64,000 bases of DNA from Octopus vulgaris (GCA_951406725.2 OX597836.1:14446001-14510000), one strand, 5' to 3'. Shown: positions 1-12,433, counted from the first letter of the stretch. A program made the numbers and translations. The notes: generated by a model from the sequence alone, not told the origin.

Positions 1-51
<51 letters not shown>

Positions 52-125
52 AGACAGATGGATATATATATATGTATGTATAAATAAATATATATATATA
101 AATATATGTATATGTATAGACAGAT

Positions 126-166
<41 letters not shown>

Positions 167-337
167 TGTATAGATATACATACACACACATATGTATGGC
201 ACTTATGACACATATACATGTATCCATGTGAGTAAAGTATGTTCAAGAAATGTCAAAATGTCTTCACAAAAGATGTCAAATCGCTCAACAATAAGCAGGG
301 TCATTCACCCCTCCACATAGACACACACGCACGTGCA

Positions 338-377
<40 letters not shown>

Positions 378-456
378 TGTGTACACATATGTAGTGGATT
401 GAGTGTTTGCACAGACGCGCGCGCACACTCACACCACAGATATATATGTGTGTATG

Positions 457-519
<63 letters not shown>

Positions 520-533
520 ACACAAACATACAC

Positions 534-586
<53 letters not shown>

Positions 587-869
587 TGTACACACAAATA
601 CGCACACACATATAAGTATGTATGTATATGTATATAATATATATATGCATACATACAAATGTACACACATGCACACCCACCACCCCATCACCTTCCACTG
701 CCATTAAGGACCTCTTCTCTCCTCTTACTGCTCCTCCTCCTCCTCCTGCTCCTCCTCCCCCACCACCCACCCACTCTCCCACCCCTAAACAAACTTCTCA
801 ATTATCAAAAATGAATGAACAGCTTCCATAGACAAACAGCGTTTTCTGCTAATGGACCGGATGGGACTG

Positions 870-1205
870 GTGGTGGTGGTGGTGGTGGTTGTGGTTGTGG
901 TGGTAGTGGCGGGATGTTGTGGCGTTTGTGGTAGTGCTGATGGTGGTGGTGGTGGTGGTGGCAGCGGCGGTAGTTTTGGCGGCAGATGTGGCTGTGGCGG
1001 TGGCGGTGGTGGTACAGGTGATACATTTTGCTGGGGTAGGTAGTTGTTGTTGTTGTTGTGATGGTGGTGATGGCGCTGGTAGCGGTAGTAGTTCGATGTG
1101 GTAGTGGTACAGGTGGTAGTGGTGTGGTGCTAGTGGTGTGGTGCTAGTGCTGGTTCTTGGCGGTGCAGCTGGTGGTGGTAGCAGCACATGCAGCAGTAAC
1201 CGTAA

Positions 1206-1244
<39 letters not shown>

Positions 1245-1328
1245 CAGCAGTAGTAGTAGTAGTAGTAGTAGTAGTAGCAGCAGCAGCAGCAGCAGCAACA
1301 GCAGCTACTAGTAGTACTAGTAGCAGCA

Positions 1329-1389
<61 letters not shown>

Positions 1390-1808
1390 CGTTGGTGGCG
1401 GCGGTATTAGTGGTAGTATTGGTGATGGTCGTCATAGTGGTAGCATTATATTGTTGGTAGTGGTGTTGGCGGTAGTTGTGTTTGTGGTGGTGCTAATGCT
1501 ATTCGTTACTAGTGGAACTGATAGTGATGGTAGTGGTTGTGGTGGAGGCAGCTGCAGTGACTGCGGCGGTGGTGGTGATTGTGGTGAAGGTGGTGTTCTT
1601 CGCTGTAGTGGTGGTGGTTGTGGTGGTGGTGGTGGTGGTGGTGGTAGTAGTTGTGGTGGTGGTGGTGGTAGTGGTGGTGGTTTAGTGGTGGTCACCATTT
1701 TGGTGGAAGTGGAAATGGTCGTGGTTGTAGAAGCAGTGGCGGCGGTGGTAGTGGTGGTGGTGGTGGTGGTGGTGGTTGTGGTTGTGGTGGTGGTGGTGGT
1801 GGTAGTTG

Positions 1809-1839
<31 letters not shown>

Positions 1840-2265
1840 GGTAGTTGTGGTGGTGGTGGTGGTGGTGGTAGTTGTGGTGGTGGTGGAGGTAGTTGTGGCG
1901 GTAGTAGTGGTGGTGGTGGAAGTGGTGGTAGTTGTGGTGGTGGTGGTGGTGGTGGTAGTTGTGGCGGTGGTGGTGGTGGTGGTGGTAGTTGTGGTGGTAG
2001 TTGTGGTGGTGGTGGTGGTGGTGGTGGTTGTGGTGGTGGTAGTTGTGGTGGTGGTGGTGGTGGTGGTAGTAGTTGTGGTGGTGGTGGTGGTGGTGGTGTT
2101 GGTGGTGGTTTAGTGGTGGTCACCATTTTGGTGAAAGTGGAAATGGTCGTGGTTGTAGAAGCAGTGGCGGCGGCGGTAGTGGGAGTTGTGGTGGTGGTGG
2201 TGGTTGTGGTGGTGGTGGTAGTTGTGGTGGTGGTGGTGGTTGTGGTGGTGGTGATGGTATTAGCT
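870..2265. repeat. Compound (GGT)n/(AGT)n/(AGC)n trinucleotide low-complexity tract with an internal ~428-bp tandem duplication
   Basis: Visible triplet repeats. The unique marker TTTAGTGGTGGTCACCATTTTGGTG(G/A)AAGTGGAAATGGTCG occurs at ~1681 and ~2109. Confidence 0.9.
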
Positions 2266-3301
2266 GTAGTCGTAGTTACATTTCTCGTCCTTAATTAACA
2301 AACACTTCAAGAAAAGAAACTACATTAATTATTCAATCTTTTATAAAAAAAAATTCCTTTATTACAAACAAATAATAATTTTGTTTCGTAGCAACAGAAT
2401 TCTTGCAACACACGCGAACGCCAAAAAGATGGAAAACCTCAAACAAAAATCAAGGAAACATAACTGTAATTGTTGAAACCACGAGTCGTCTCCCTTAGGT
2501 ATAAATAGCTACGTCAGTATCAGGAAACGACAGAACGGTCGACTTTGGTTGGTTTAGCAGAGAACTTACTTCAAAGCAGATTTTATTAACAAAAGTAAAG
2601 GCTTTTTTCAACATGTATTAAAGAAACTATTATATCGCTCACGGGACATATATCGCTGGCTGTTATACTTACACCTGTTACTATACTGCATAAATATGTT
2701 TATCCATCCATCCATCCATCCATCCATCCATCCATCCATACATACATACATACATACATACATACATACATACATACATACATACATACATACATACGTA
2801 AATACACACAAACTCACAAACACACGCACATGCATGTGTTTAAATGATGATGTTTAAACGTCGCTCGAGTGTTTTGAAAAAGATTTTTCGGCTGTAAATC
2901 CTACGACTTCTTATTACTATCTTTGAATACATAATTTTAGAGAGTAGTTCAGCGTTTAATATATATATATATAAAATTACAATAAATCTCTATATACATA
3001 AAGCTGAATTGGTTTGTGTATGGCAGGTTTGATAGCCTTCAACTAACACTATCTCCTCCGAGACCCTGCGGCACAAGTTGACCAAAATTGAGAGTATGAT
3101 AGAAGAAGGCTTGCTCTTCATTCCGTAGAAGAAAAAAATTCAAATCGGACGATGTTAACACCAAAAATTATTTACATCAAAAAGGTGCTTTTTTTCAATG
3201 AAAATCCTTATTTTTAAAGTTTTTTTTTGACTGCTGTGTCGCCACTTTTCGGTGTATTTCAACCAGAAAAGTTGTTCACTTAAAGAGAATAACAAGCAAT
3301 A

Positions 3302-4583
3302 CGAGGGACGTTCAATAAGTAATGCCCCTGATCCACTTCCCATAGCAGTAGAGCAACGAAACTTGGCACAGGTATTAGTCTTTTTCTACATAGGAAAAAA
3401 CTAAAGTTACGCATTTCTCCCATCGTTTGATGCAGCTCTGGAGACCGTTTTCGTAGAAGACCCCAGCTTGGTCCTCCAACGACGACGTGACTTCAGAAAT
3501 CAAGGCTGCATCATCTGGGAAACGCTTTCCTTTCAAAAACAACTTCATGGCTGGAAAGAGGTGAAAATCAGAGGGTGCAAGGTCAGGAGAGTAGGGGGAT
3601 GGGGGAAGAGTTCATAGCCGCACGCCTGTGCTTCTGATCTGGCGACACGCGAGTTGTGGACCGGAGCGTTGTCCTGCAATAGGAGGATGCCTTTGTTGAT
3701 ATTGCCCCGCCTTTTGGTTTTGATAGCTTCTCTTAATTTCCTCAAAAGTGAAGCATGATAGGCTCCTGTAATTGTGGTACCCTTTGCCAGGAAATCTGTC
3801 ATCACTACTCCGTCCTGGACCCAGAAGACTGTGAGCATGACCTTGCCAGCGGAGGGCTGCACCCTTGCCTTCTTTGGAGGAGGTGAGTCATGGTGCTTCC
3901 ACTGCATTGACTGGGCTTTGGTCTCTGGATCATAGTGATGGACCCAGGTCTCATCCTGTGTAATCAGTCTTTTGAAAAATTTTGACTCATCTTCTTGGCA
4001 CATCCCTAAATTCATCCTCGAGCACTCGACGCGTTCTTGCTTCTGGAAAAGTGTGAGCAACCTGGGAATACATCTGGCAGACACCTTTTGCATATGCAAA
4101 TGGTCATGAATGATAGTTTCCACAGACCCGGTACTAATCTTGACCTCATGGGCTATTTGGCGAATAGTTATGCGTCGATCTTTCAAAATGGCACCCTCAA
4201 CTTGACGGACAGATGCCTCATCAATGGCAGAAGGGAGCTGGGAGCTGTTTCCACAGAGTTCCGACCATGTTTGAATTCACGATGCCAGCGTTTTACAAGG
4301 TCATATGATGGGGCATCATCACCATAAGTTACTTTCATTTCATCAAAAGTCTCCCGTGGTGTGCGTCATTTCAAATACAAAAACCGGATCACTTCTCGAC
4401 ACTCAACAGTCTCCATTTCCCACTTGACTCATTTCAAACACATGTAAATCAGAAACCACAATTAGTTCGGAGCTGTAATTTGCCACTTAATCTATAGAGA
4501 TATAAATAATTGCACATGCAAAATTTCAGCTAGATCAAACAACGGCAAGTGGGTCAAAGGCATTACTTATTGAACGCCCCTCG
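3302..4583 (-). mobile_element. Full-length (1282 bp) mariner DNA transposon, DD34D type, irritans-like
   Basis: TA duplication at 3300-3301 and 4584-4585. ~37-bp TIRs CGAGGGACGTTCAATAAGTAATGCCCCTGATCCACTT and (reverse complement) CGAGGGGCGTTCAATAAGTAATGCCTTTGACCCACTT. Internal transposase. Confidence 0.95.
3375..4416 (-). pseudogene. Mariner transposase pseudogene
   Basis: METVECREVIRFLYLK* start with a premature TGA at 4366-4368. Motifs ITQDETWVHHYDPE, SAGKVMLTVFW, QDNAPVH. HPPYSPDLAPSDFHLF is restored by one frameshift near 3595. Ends YVEKD*. Confidence 0.93.
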
Positions 4584-5037
4584 TATAATTCAAAATTTTT
4601 ACTTTTCAAAAATTCCAATTTTAAAGGGTCGTTTCAAGCGCAAACAAAAAAAAAACAAACAAACCTGAGCAACGCCGGGCTATACTGCTAACATATGAAT
4701 GAAAGAAGAAATGACAGGGAAGTAACTCTTTCTTTTAATTATGAGTTATTTCCTTTAGACTATAAAGGCAACTCCTTGTGCTGTCCTGTGATTGCTATGC
4801 ATTATCGATAAGGAAATCAATATAATCAACGCTTTAAATGATTGATGACCATCGATAACTAACTAATTAATTGTGCAATTAAGTAAAGAAAGAAAATAAA
4901 TAAATAAAAAGAAGACATTAATTTGTATACAGCTGCATTTATTAGTGGCTCATGTGTGTGTGTGTTGTGGGTGTGTTGTGGGCGTATGCATATAAGTCCC
5001 TGTGTGTGTGTGTATCTGTATGTATGTATGTTTGTAA

Positions 5038-5267
5038 GGCGGCGAGCTGGCAGAAACTTTAGCGCGCCGGGCGAAATACTTAGCGGTATTTCGTCTGCCG
5101 TTACGTTGTGAGTTCAAATTCCGCCGAGGTCGACTTTGCCTTTCATCCTTTCGGGGTCGATTAAATAAGTACCAGTTACACACTGGGGTCGATATAATCG
5201 ACTTATCTGTTTGTCTGTCCTTGTTTGTCCTCTCTGTGTTTAGCCCCTTGTGGGTAGTAAAGAAATA
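5038..5267 (+). mobile_element. tRNA-derived SINE family A (GGCGGCGAGCTGGCAG head, Nin/Deu-like core)
   Basis: B-box-like GAGTTCAAATTCC. Core GTCGACTTTGCCTTTCATCCTTTCGGGGTCGA. Many copies in the window. Confidence 0.85.
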
Positions 5268-5308
5268 GGTTGCCAAGTAGTTGTGGGAATACAATGTCAG
5301 ACACAAAG

Positions 5309-5405
<97 letters not shown>

Positions 5406-5472
5406 GTGAACGTGTGTGTATCGTTGACGATTCTCTATCTCCGTCTTCCCTTCCTTGGACCTTTCCTTTTTC

Positions 5473-5511
5473 GATGTTTGTGACGAAGAGCTTCGCTCGA
5501 AACGTTACATC
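5473..5511 (+). ncRNA. Degenerate minimal hammerhead motif (Penelope-type relic)
   Basis: gTGACGA-A-GAGC-ttc-GCTC-GAAACGTT with stem I GATGT/ACATC. C3 of the core is replaced by G. Confidence 0.45.
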
Positions 5512-5603
5512 CTCCTTCTTTCTTTCCTTTCCTGAGCGTCCAATAACACTATATTTGTTCCAGGTCCTCGCGTCGTTGTGTTTTCTCTTTGTTCATGTTT
5601 GGA

Positions 5604-5655
<52 letters not shown>

Positions 5656-6401
5656 GATAGGCTTCTGTCAGAGATACTTGCCCAAGGTGCCATGCCAATA
5701 GAGTGCAAGCTTTTAACAGGGCCTCCCATACTGGACAGGTCAAAAGCCTGAACAAAAGCCAGACTAATATGGATCACCTCTTTCTTCCTAGAATTGAAAA
5801 GGGGTTTCTGTAAGGCCAACATCCCTACCCAGGAAAAAGAAAAGCAAAGCTAAAAAAGCATCGAAGACAGTCGAAAACCAACAAAACCTGGGAAACGAAG
5901 GCCTCTCGCTATGGAAATATATGGCGCGGTGCAGGAAAATAAAAAATGAAGTAGGGATCCAACTAAAATGAAACAGAAGAGAAAACCCCGAGTCGGGAAC
6001 AGAAGAGAAAAGTTATCGATGGTTTCGTAGGGAACGAAGGGGTTTAAGTAAGTTTTAGTGTAGGGATTTATAAGCTGGAATACATAGAGGAATAAAGGAA
6101 TGAAAGTGAGTCAAGGGGTTGGATTGGACATTGTTGCGGGTCCTATGTAATGTATTTGATGCCCCTGATATAGAGGTCTCGGGTTTATTTATATATATTA
6201 TTGGGAAGGATGGTACGGTGGGAAGAGAAGAGTGGGAGGGGAGAGAGAGGGGAGAGAGAGGGGAGAAGGGGAGAGAAGAATAGCACGGGGGTAGAGGGGG
6301 AGAGTAGGGGCGACAGGGGAGAGAGGAAGAGACAAAGAGAGGGAGAGAGAGAAATAAAGGGAGAAAGAGAATAAGATAAAAGAGAGGATGAGTAGGGAGA
6401 A

Positions 6402-6432
<31 letters not shown>

Positions 6433-6513
6433 TATGAAGAGAATGAGCAAAGAGAGAAAGGGAGAGAGACAATGAGCAGATAGACAAAGAGAGATAGAGA
6501 GATAGATAGAGAT

Positions 6514-6557
<44 letters not shown>

Positions 6558-6764
6558 CAAGATAGAGTAGATAAATAATGAGCAGATAGAGTGAGAGAGA
6601 GAAAGAGGGAATGAGTAGAGAGGAGAGAGGGAGGACAAGAGAGGGAGACAAGAGAAAGAGAGACAGGGTAGCGGGAGGAGAGAGAGAGACAGAGAGACAA
6701 AGAGACAGAGAGACCGACAGAGAGAGAGAGACCGACAGAGAGAGAGACCGACAGAGAGAGAGAC

Positions 6765-6807
<43 letters not shown>

Positions 6808-7066
6808 AACGAACAGAAGTGAAGGGCAAACAACGTGTGAGAACAAATTTATCAAGATTACACTAAACCCCTTAACAGTCCGTCTCTCCCGTCAACCCAC
6901 AGTTGCTTGTGCAATTCAGTTGACCCAGCTGATAAAATCTAATTCTAGTTTATAACGAATACATCACGCAGTTGGTCTTCACATACAATACCAAATAAAC
7001 TTATCGACTTAACAAATCAATATGGCTTACATCTATATACTTTAATAGAGCCAGTTTGAAGCATCA

Positions 7067-7139
7067 GGTTCCATGGTGTAGTGGTTATCACATCTGCTTA
7101 ACACGCAGAAGGTCGTGAGTTCGAAACTCGCTGGAACCT
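7067..7139 (+). tRNA. tRNA-Val(AAC) on a Val-TAC-type body, U73
   Basis: Cloverleaf: acceptor GGTTCCA/TGGAACC, anticodon arm TCTGC-TTAACAC-GCAGA, T arm GTGAG-TTCGAAA-CTCGC. Oligo-T terminator at ~7145. Confidence 0.9.
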
Positions 7140-7274
7140 ACTAATTTTTTTATTAGATTTGTTAATACGAAGTCTTTTGTTAGTATGTTTTCTAAACTGT
7201 GGCATTCTCCACTATTTAGGGTTTACTCTGCACATTGATTTTTTTTTAAACCAAAGATAAAGGAACACTGTGCC

Positions 7275-7740
7275 TCACATAGCTGTGTAGTTAATATGCT
7301 CGCTTAGCAGCCAAATGGTTTTGGTTTCGGTCCCATCCCATTTTGCGGCACCTTGGGCAAGTGTCTTCTACTATATTCCTGGGCCGACCAATGCCTTGTC
7401 AGTGAATTTTGGTGAAAACTGTGTGGAAGGCAGTCGTTTATTGCATGCATAATTAATTAATTAATAAATACACACACACACACACATACACACATACACA
7501 CATACATACATACATACATACATACATACATACATACTTTACATGTGTGTGTGTGTGCATATGTGTGTCTTTGTGTCCGTGTTTGTACCCCATTCCTTGA
7601 CAACCGATGTTGGTGTGTTTACCTCCCCATAACTTAGCGGTTCGGCAAAGGAGACGGATTGAATAAGTACCAGGCTTCAAAAGAAAAAACAACAAAGAAG
7701 AAGTACTGGGGTCGAAAGCACGGCTCCGACATGGCCGTTC
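7275..7740 (+). mobile_element. SINE family B (head + internal microsatellite + tail), diverged
   Basis: Head GGCACCTTGGGCAAGTGTCTTCTACTAT, then a CA/TACA tract, then tail TTGACAACCGATGTTGGTGTGTTTAC...AACTTAGCGGTTCGGC. Confidence 0.75.
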
Positions 7741-7782
7741 CTGGACCTATATATTATACTACATCATATTAAATTATATCAT

Positions 7783-8430
7783 ATTTTCTACTCTAGGCAC
7801 AGAGTCCGAAATTTTGGGGGAGGGGGCCAGTCAATTATATCGACCCCAGTACTTAAGTGGTACTTAATTTATCGACCCCGAAAGGATGAAAGGCGAAGTC
7901 GACCTCGGCGGAATTTGACCGTAGCAGCAGACGAAATACCGCGAGGCATTTCGCCCGGCGTGCTAACGTTTCTTATTTCTTTACTGTCCACAAGGGGCTA
8001 CACACAGAAGGGACAAACAAGGACAGACAAACAGATTAAGTCGATTATATCGACCCCAGTGCATTGCTGGTACTTATTTAATCGACCCCGAAAGGATGAA
8101 AGGCAAAGTTGACCTCGGCGGAATTTGAACTCAGAACGTAGCGGCAGACGAAAATACCGCTAGGCATTTCGCCCAGCGTGCTAACGATTCTGCCAGCTCG
8201 CCGCCTTTATTAAATTTATTTCTACTCAAGGCACAAGAGCCGAAATTTTGGGGGAGGGACGTCCAGTCAATTAGATCGACCCCAGTACTTAAGTGGTACT
8301 TAATTTATCGACCCCGAAAGGATGACAGGCGAAGTCGACCTCAGCGGAATTTGAACTCAGAACGTAAAGACAGACGAAATACCGCTAGGCATTTCGCCCG
8401 GCGTGCTAACATTTCTGCCAGCTCGACGCC
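7783..8430 (-). mobile_element. Three head-to-tail SINE A copies with two different 3' tails
   Basis: Core ATCGACCCCGAAAGGATGA(A/C)AGGC repeated at ~7871, ~8082 and ~8307. Confidence 0.85.
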
Positions 8431-8454
8431 CTAAAGAAAAGAAAGCAGCCAGCA

Positions 8455-8527
8455 ACCACTACAGAGAATCGAACTCCGTACCTCTCAGATTACACCTGGG
8501 TGGTCTGTACCATTGTGCTAAACAACT
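8455..8527 (-). pseudogene. Degenerate tRNA-like sequence
   Basis: A-box TAGCACAATGG and T arm CGGAG-TTCGATT-CTCTG at tRNA-like spacing. The acceptor stem does not pair. Confidence 0.35.
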
Positions 8528-8752
8528 CTGACATGGTCCAACATTACTGATTTTTTATTACCCACAAGGGGCTAACGAAGAGGGGACAATACAATCTGAT
8601 TTTGGGGTCAGATGAGCGAATGATTAAGTTGTCGGTGTAGTATCTGTATTAAGTAGAATTTTGGAACAAATCAAAGAAATTCGCCCAGTGTTTACATCCT
8701 AATTATCTCAACACTATCTTTAAATAACTTAACAGAGACGGCCTTGCCTTGT

Positions 8753-8825
8753 GGTTCCATAGTGTAGTGGTTATCACGTCTGCTTTACACGCAGAAGGTC
8801 GCGAGTTCGAAACTCGCTGGAACCT
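8753..8825 (+). tRNA. tRNA-Val(TAC), U73
   Basis: GGTTCCATAGTGTAGTGGTTATCACGTCTGCTTTACACGCAGAAGGTC matches the conserved animal Val-TAC sequence. Fully paired T arm GCGAG/CTCGC. T5 run at ~8847. Confidence 0.92.
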
Positions 8826-9401
8826 TATATATTTATATATATATACTTTTTAAAAAATTGTTTCAGTCATTGAACTGCGGCCATTCTGGGACATCGTCCT
8901 GAAAACGATTTATTATTTACTTTTTTTTTTTTTTTAAATTTTTTTAAAGTCTGGTTCATTTTCTGTTTCTTTTGCCGAAATACGGGAATAAGACCAAACT
9001 ACTGGTTGTCAAGCGGTTACGGGTAGCAAACACAGACACTCACACAGTCATCTCTCTCTCTCTGTCCCTCTCTCTCTGTCCCTCTCTCCCTTCCCCTCTC
9101 TCTCTCTCTATATATATATTTATATACACACATATATATACATACACACACACACACACACCTATATATATATACATACATATATATATATACATATATA
9201 TGTGTGTGTGTATGTGTGTGTCTAAATTGCCTCGCATATATATGTGTGTTTATGTCCCCATAACCTAGCGGTTCGGCAATAGAGAACGATAGAGTGAGTA
9301 TTAGGCTTACAAAGAAAAAGCTGTGGGCTCGACTAAAGGCGGTGCTCCAGCATGGCCGCAGTCAAATGACTGAAACAAGTAAATGAATAAAAGAATAAAT
9401 G

Positions 9402-9513
<112 letters not shown>

Positions 9514-9519
9514 TGTATG

Positions 9520-9575
<56 letters not shown>

Positions 9576-9982
9576 CATATATATATATATGTATGTATAT
9601 GTATATAAATGGAACAAAAGCGGAATAGAGGGCATTAATACATTCGGACAGATAGACAACACAAAGGCAGACAAGAGAAACAACAATTTCATCAGTCAAG
9701 TACCAGAAGTCACAACCATTTCGGACAGTTACACTTGAAATGGTTCTATCTGGTTGTCCCCCCCCCAAAGTCTAAGCTAAGTGCATTAGACCCCTTTGTC
9801 AGAAAACTAACGAATAGGTACGGCAACAAAGTCAAAAACAAACAAACAACCAAATTAAAAGAACGGAGAACATGGTACACAATTACGAATACAACAAGAA
9901 ATAACAACAGGCGTCTTTAAACTGAGAACGATTCAAAGTGAGCTGGCGTGTATCACACAGTTTCGATAAATTAAGTACCTGT

Positions 9983-10690
9983 TTCTTTATTACCCACAAG
10001 GGGCTAAACATAGAGGGGACAAACAAGGACAGACAAACGGATTAAGTCGATTACATCGACCCCAGTGCATAACTGGTACTTAATTTATCGACCCCGAAAG
10101 GATGAAAGGCAAAGTCGACCTCGGCGGAATTTGAACTCAGAACGTAACGGCAGACGATATACGACTACGCATTTCGCCCGGCGTGCTAACGATTCTGCCA
10201 GCTCGCCAATAAATTAAGTACCAGTTACGCAATGGGGTCGAGATAATCGACTTAATCCGTTTGTCTGTCCTTGTTTGTCCTCTCTGTGGGTAGTAAAGAA
10301 ATAGGTATTTCGTCTGCCGCTACGTTCTGAGTTCAAATTCCGCCCAGGTCGACTTTGCCTTTCATCCTTTCGGGGTCGATAAATTAAGCACCAGTTACGC
10401 ACTGGGGTCGATGTAATCGACATAATCCCTTTATCTGTCCTTGTTTGTCCCCTCTATGTTTAGCCCCTTGTGGGCAATAAAGAAATAAGAAGCGTTAAGC
10501 ACGTCAGACAAAATGTTTCAACAGCATTTTGTCCGGTTTTATGCCGTGAGTTCAAATTTCGCCGAGTTCGACTTTGCTTATTTATCCCTTCGCGGTTGAT
10601 AAAATTAGTACTAATCGATCACTGAGGTCGATGAAATCGATTTAACCCCGTCTTACAAAATTGATAACCTTTTGGCAATATTAGAAAGAT
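9983..10690. mobile_element. Cluster of SINE A copies: one on minus (9983-10207) followed by three partial or older copies on plus
   Basis: The same core and tail sequences occur in both orientations. Confidence 0.85.
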
Positions 10691-10832
10691 TATCTGTACT
10701 GCTATGGTTGCAGAGACATACGTATTGGCACTAAAAAGAATTTTGCACCAAATAAAATGAAAGTAAACAACGCCAACATCACAACATCTAAAAACTATCC
10801 TTATATAGTTTAATAAAAGCAGACAGCCATGT

Positions 10833-10905
10833 GGTTCCATGGTGTAGTGGTTATCACATCTGCTTAACACGCAGAAGGTCGTGAGTTCGAAACTCGCTGG
10901 AACCT
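10833..10905 (+). tRNA. tRNA-Val(AAC), identical to the copy at 7067, U73
   Basis: Same cloverleaf. T7 terminator at ~10910. Confidence 0.9.
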
Positions 10906-11010
10906 ATGATTTTTTTAAAAAATTGAATTTGATAATTCTAGTCTTTTGTTTAGATGTTTTCTATGAAGTAACTGAATAAATAGGTGCATTCTCCACAATT
11001 TAGGGTTTAC

Positions 11011-11057
11011 TCTGCTTAACATGCAAAAGGTCTTGAGTTCGAAACTCGCTGGAACCT
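11011..11057 (+). pseudogene. 3' half of tRNA-Val(AAC)
   Basis: TCTGCTTAACATGCAAAAGGTCTTGAGTTCGAAACTCGCTGGAACCT. It lacks the 5' acceptor strand and D arm. Confidence 0.8.
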
Positions 11058-11440
11058 GCTATTTTTTATTTTTTATTTTACTTTACTTAACACTTTAATA
11101 CTATTTTCTTTTATATTTGGATGTTTTCTTTGCAATAACCGAATACATAGTAGAATGCCTCGAATAATGGTTCTCAGTCACTTTGGTTCTTCGCCCCACT
11201 TGCAATTTTACAGAATTGCATCCAAGCATGAAAAAAACAGACAGTATGTCATTTATCTTTTTATCTTCTCCTTGATTCAATCATTGAACCACGGCCATGC
11301 TGGAGCACGGTGATAAAATGAAAAACAATAATTAATGAAAAGTGGCGTTACCATGACTAAAAACACGTAACTTTAAATGTTTCTAACTAAAAATTTCCCA
11401 AAGCAAATAATGCAATATTCTTAATCGGAATGCCCCTGAA

Positions 11441-12054
11441 TCCCAAATCATCTTAAAATAAAAAAATACACCGATCAAAAATCAAAAACAAAATTGTCCT
11501 AAAAAATTATAACTTAACCCAATACACCTTCTGATATGTAAAAATGGACAAATAAACAACACAATAATAGATATACCTAAACTAACCACTCCTCCTAATT
11601 TATTAGGAATTGAACGCAAAATAGCATAAGCAAACAAAAAGTGGATGGAAGCACTCCGTCGGTTACGACGACGAGGGTTCCGGTTGATCCGATCAACGGA
11701 ACAGCCTGCTCGTGAAATTAACGTGTAAATGGCTGAGCACTCCACAGACACGTGTACCCTTAACGTAGTTCTCGGGGATATTCAGCGTGACACAGAGAGT
11801 GACAAGGCCGGCCCCTTTGAAATACAGGTACAACAGAAACAGGAAGTAAGAGTGAGAGAAAGTTGTGGTGAAAGAGTACAGCAGGGATCACCACCATCCC
11901 CTGCCGGAGCCGCGTGGAGCTTTAGGGGTTTTCGCTCAATAAACACTCACAACGCCCGGTCTGGGAATCGAAAACGCGATTCTACGACCGCTAGTCCGCT
12001 GCCCTTACCACTGGGCCATTGCGCCTCCACAAACAAAAAGTACCACTCAAGCTG
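11441..12054 (-). pseudogene. cytb: NUMT: mitochondrial cytochrome b fragment, split by a SINE
   Basis: Minus strand reads Q-L-EWYFLF (12054-12031), then after the [25 protein letters not shown]...GQFCF-W(TGA)-FLIGVFF/ILSW. This is the cytb PEWY region with mitochondrial TGA=Trp and one frameshift in a T run. Confidence 0.9.
11643..12030 (-). mobile_element. Full-length tRNA-derived SINE family C (GTGGAGGCGCAATGGCCCAGTGG head)
   Basis: A/B-box head. 11-bp TSD AAACAAAAAGT at 11632-11642 and 12031-12041. Confidence 0.88.
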
Positions 12055-12285
12055 TTGCAGTACATGGTCCTGATTCTGGATGGGGTTGCTGGGACCTTAG
12101 GAACAGTGCAGTGACGCCCAGTTCGGGGTCCAGTGTAGCTCTTAATTCTGAAGTTTGGTGCCAGCTCCCCAGTATCTTCCAGACATATATCACTGTATAC
12201 CTCTCCCGTTTTTGCTCCAGAGAGTAGAGTCGTAGCTCTTTCAGTCTATCCCAGAAGCTCGGCTGCTCCATTGATGCAATCTTAC
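12051..12285 (-). mobile_element. CR1/L2-type LINE ORF2 C-terminal fragment
   Basis: KIASMEQPSFWDRLKELRLYSLEQKRERYTVIYVWKIL, homologous to the ORF at 37445-38092. Confidence 0.8.
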
Positions 12286-12360
12286 GATGTGCAACATCGC
12301 CGAAATACCTCAGTTTCCGCAATAAATTTGATGCTGTAGGATGATCACAGAGAGCTATAT

Positions 12361-12433
12361 GGTTCCATGGTGTAGTGGTTATCACATCTGCTTAACACGC
12401 AGAAGGTCGCGAGTTCGAAACTCGCTGGAACCT
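12361..12433 (+). tRNA. tRNA-Val(AAC), U73
   Basis: One substitution relative to the 7067 and 10833 copies (T stem GCGAG). Long T terminator at ~12438. Confidence 0.9.

Larger units (their letters stand above)
2987..4691 (+). mobile_element. Probable non-autonomous Helitron, interrupted by a mariner
   Basis: 5' end A|TCTCTATATACATAAAG (TC after A). 3' end has a GC-rich imperfect hairpin CCTGAGCAACGCCGGG followed ~8 nt later by CTAA (CTRR). The base after it is C rather than the usual T. Confidence 0.5.

Noticed and set aside
5690-6200. Complex sequence possibly from a retroelement
   Set aside because: No diagnostic protein motif or terminus could be identified by eye.
9690-9810. Possible minus-strand hammerhead (CTGACAA...GGACA/TGTCC-GAAA)
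   Set aside because: Core G8 is missing, and stems I and III cannot be paired convincingly.
11482-11751. 89-aa ORF as a real gene
   Set aside because: It is a chimera of SINE tail and cytb NUMT, and its stop is a mitochondrial Trp codon.
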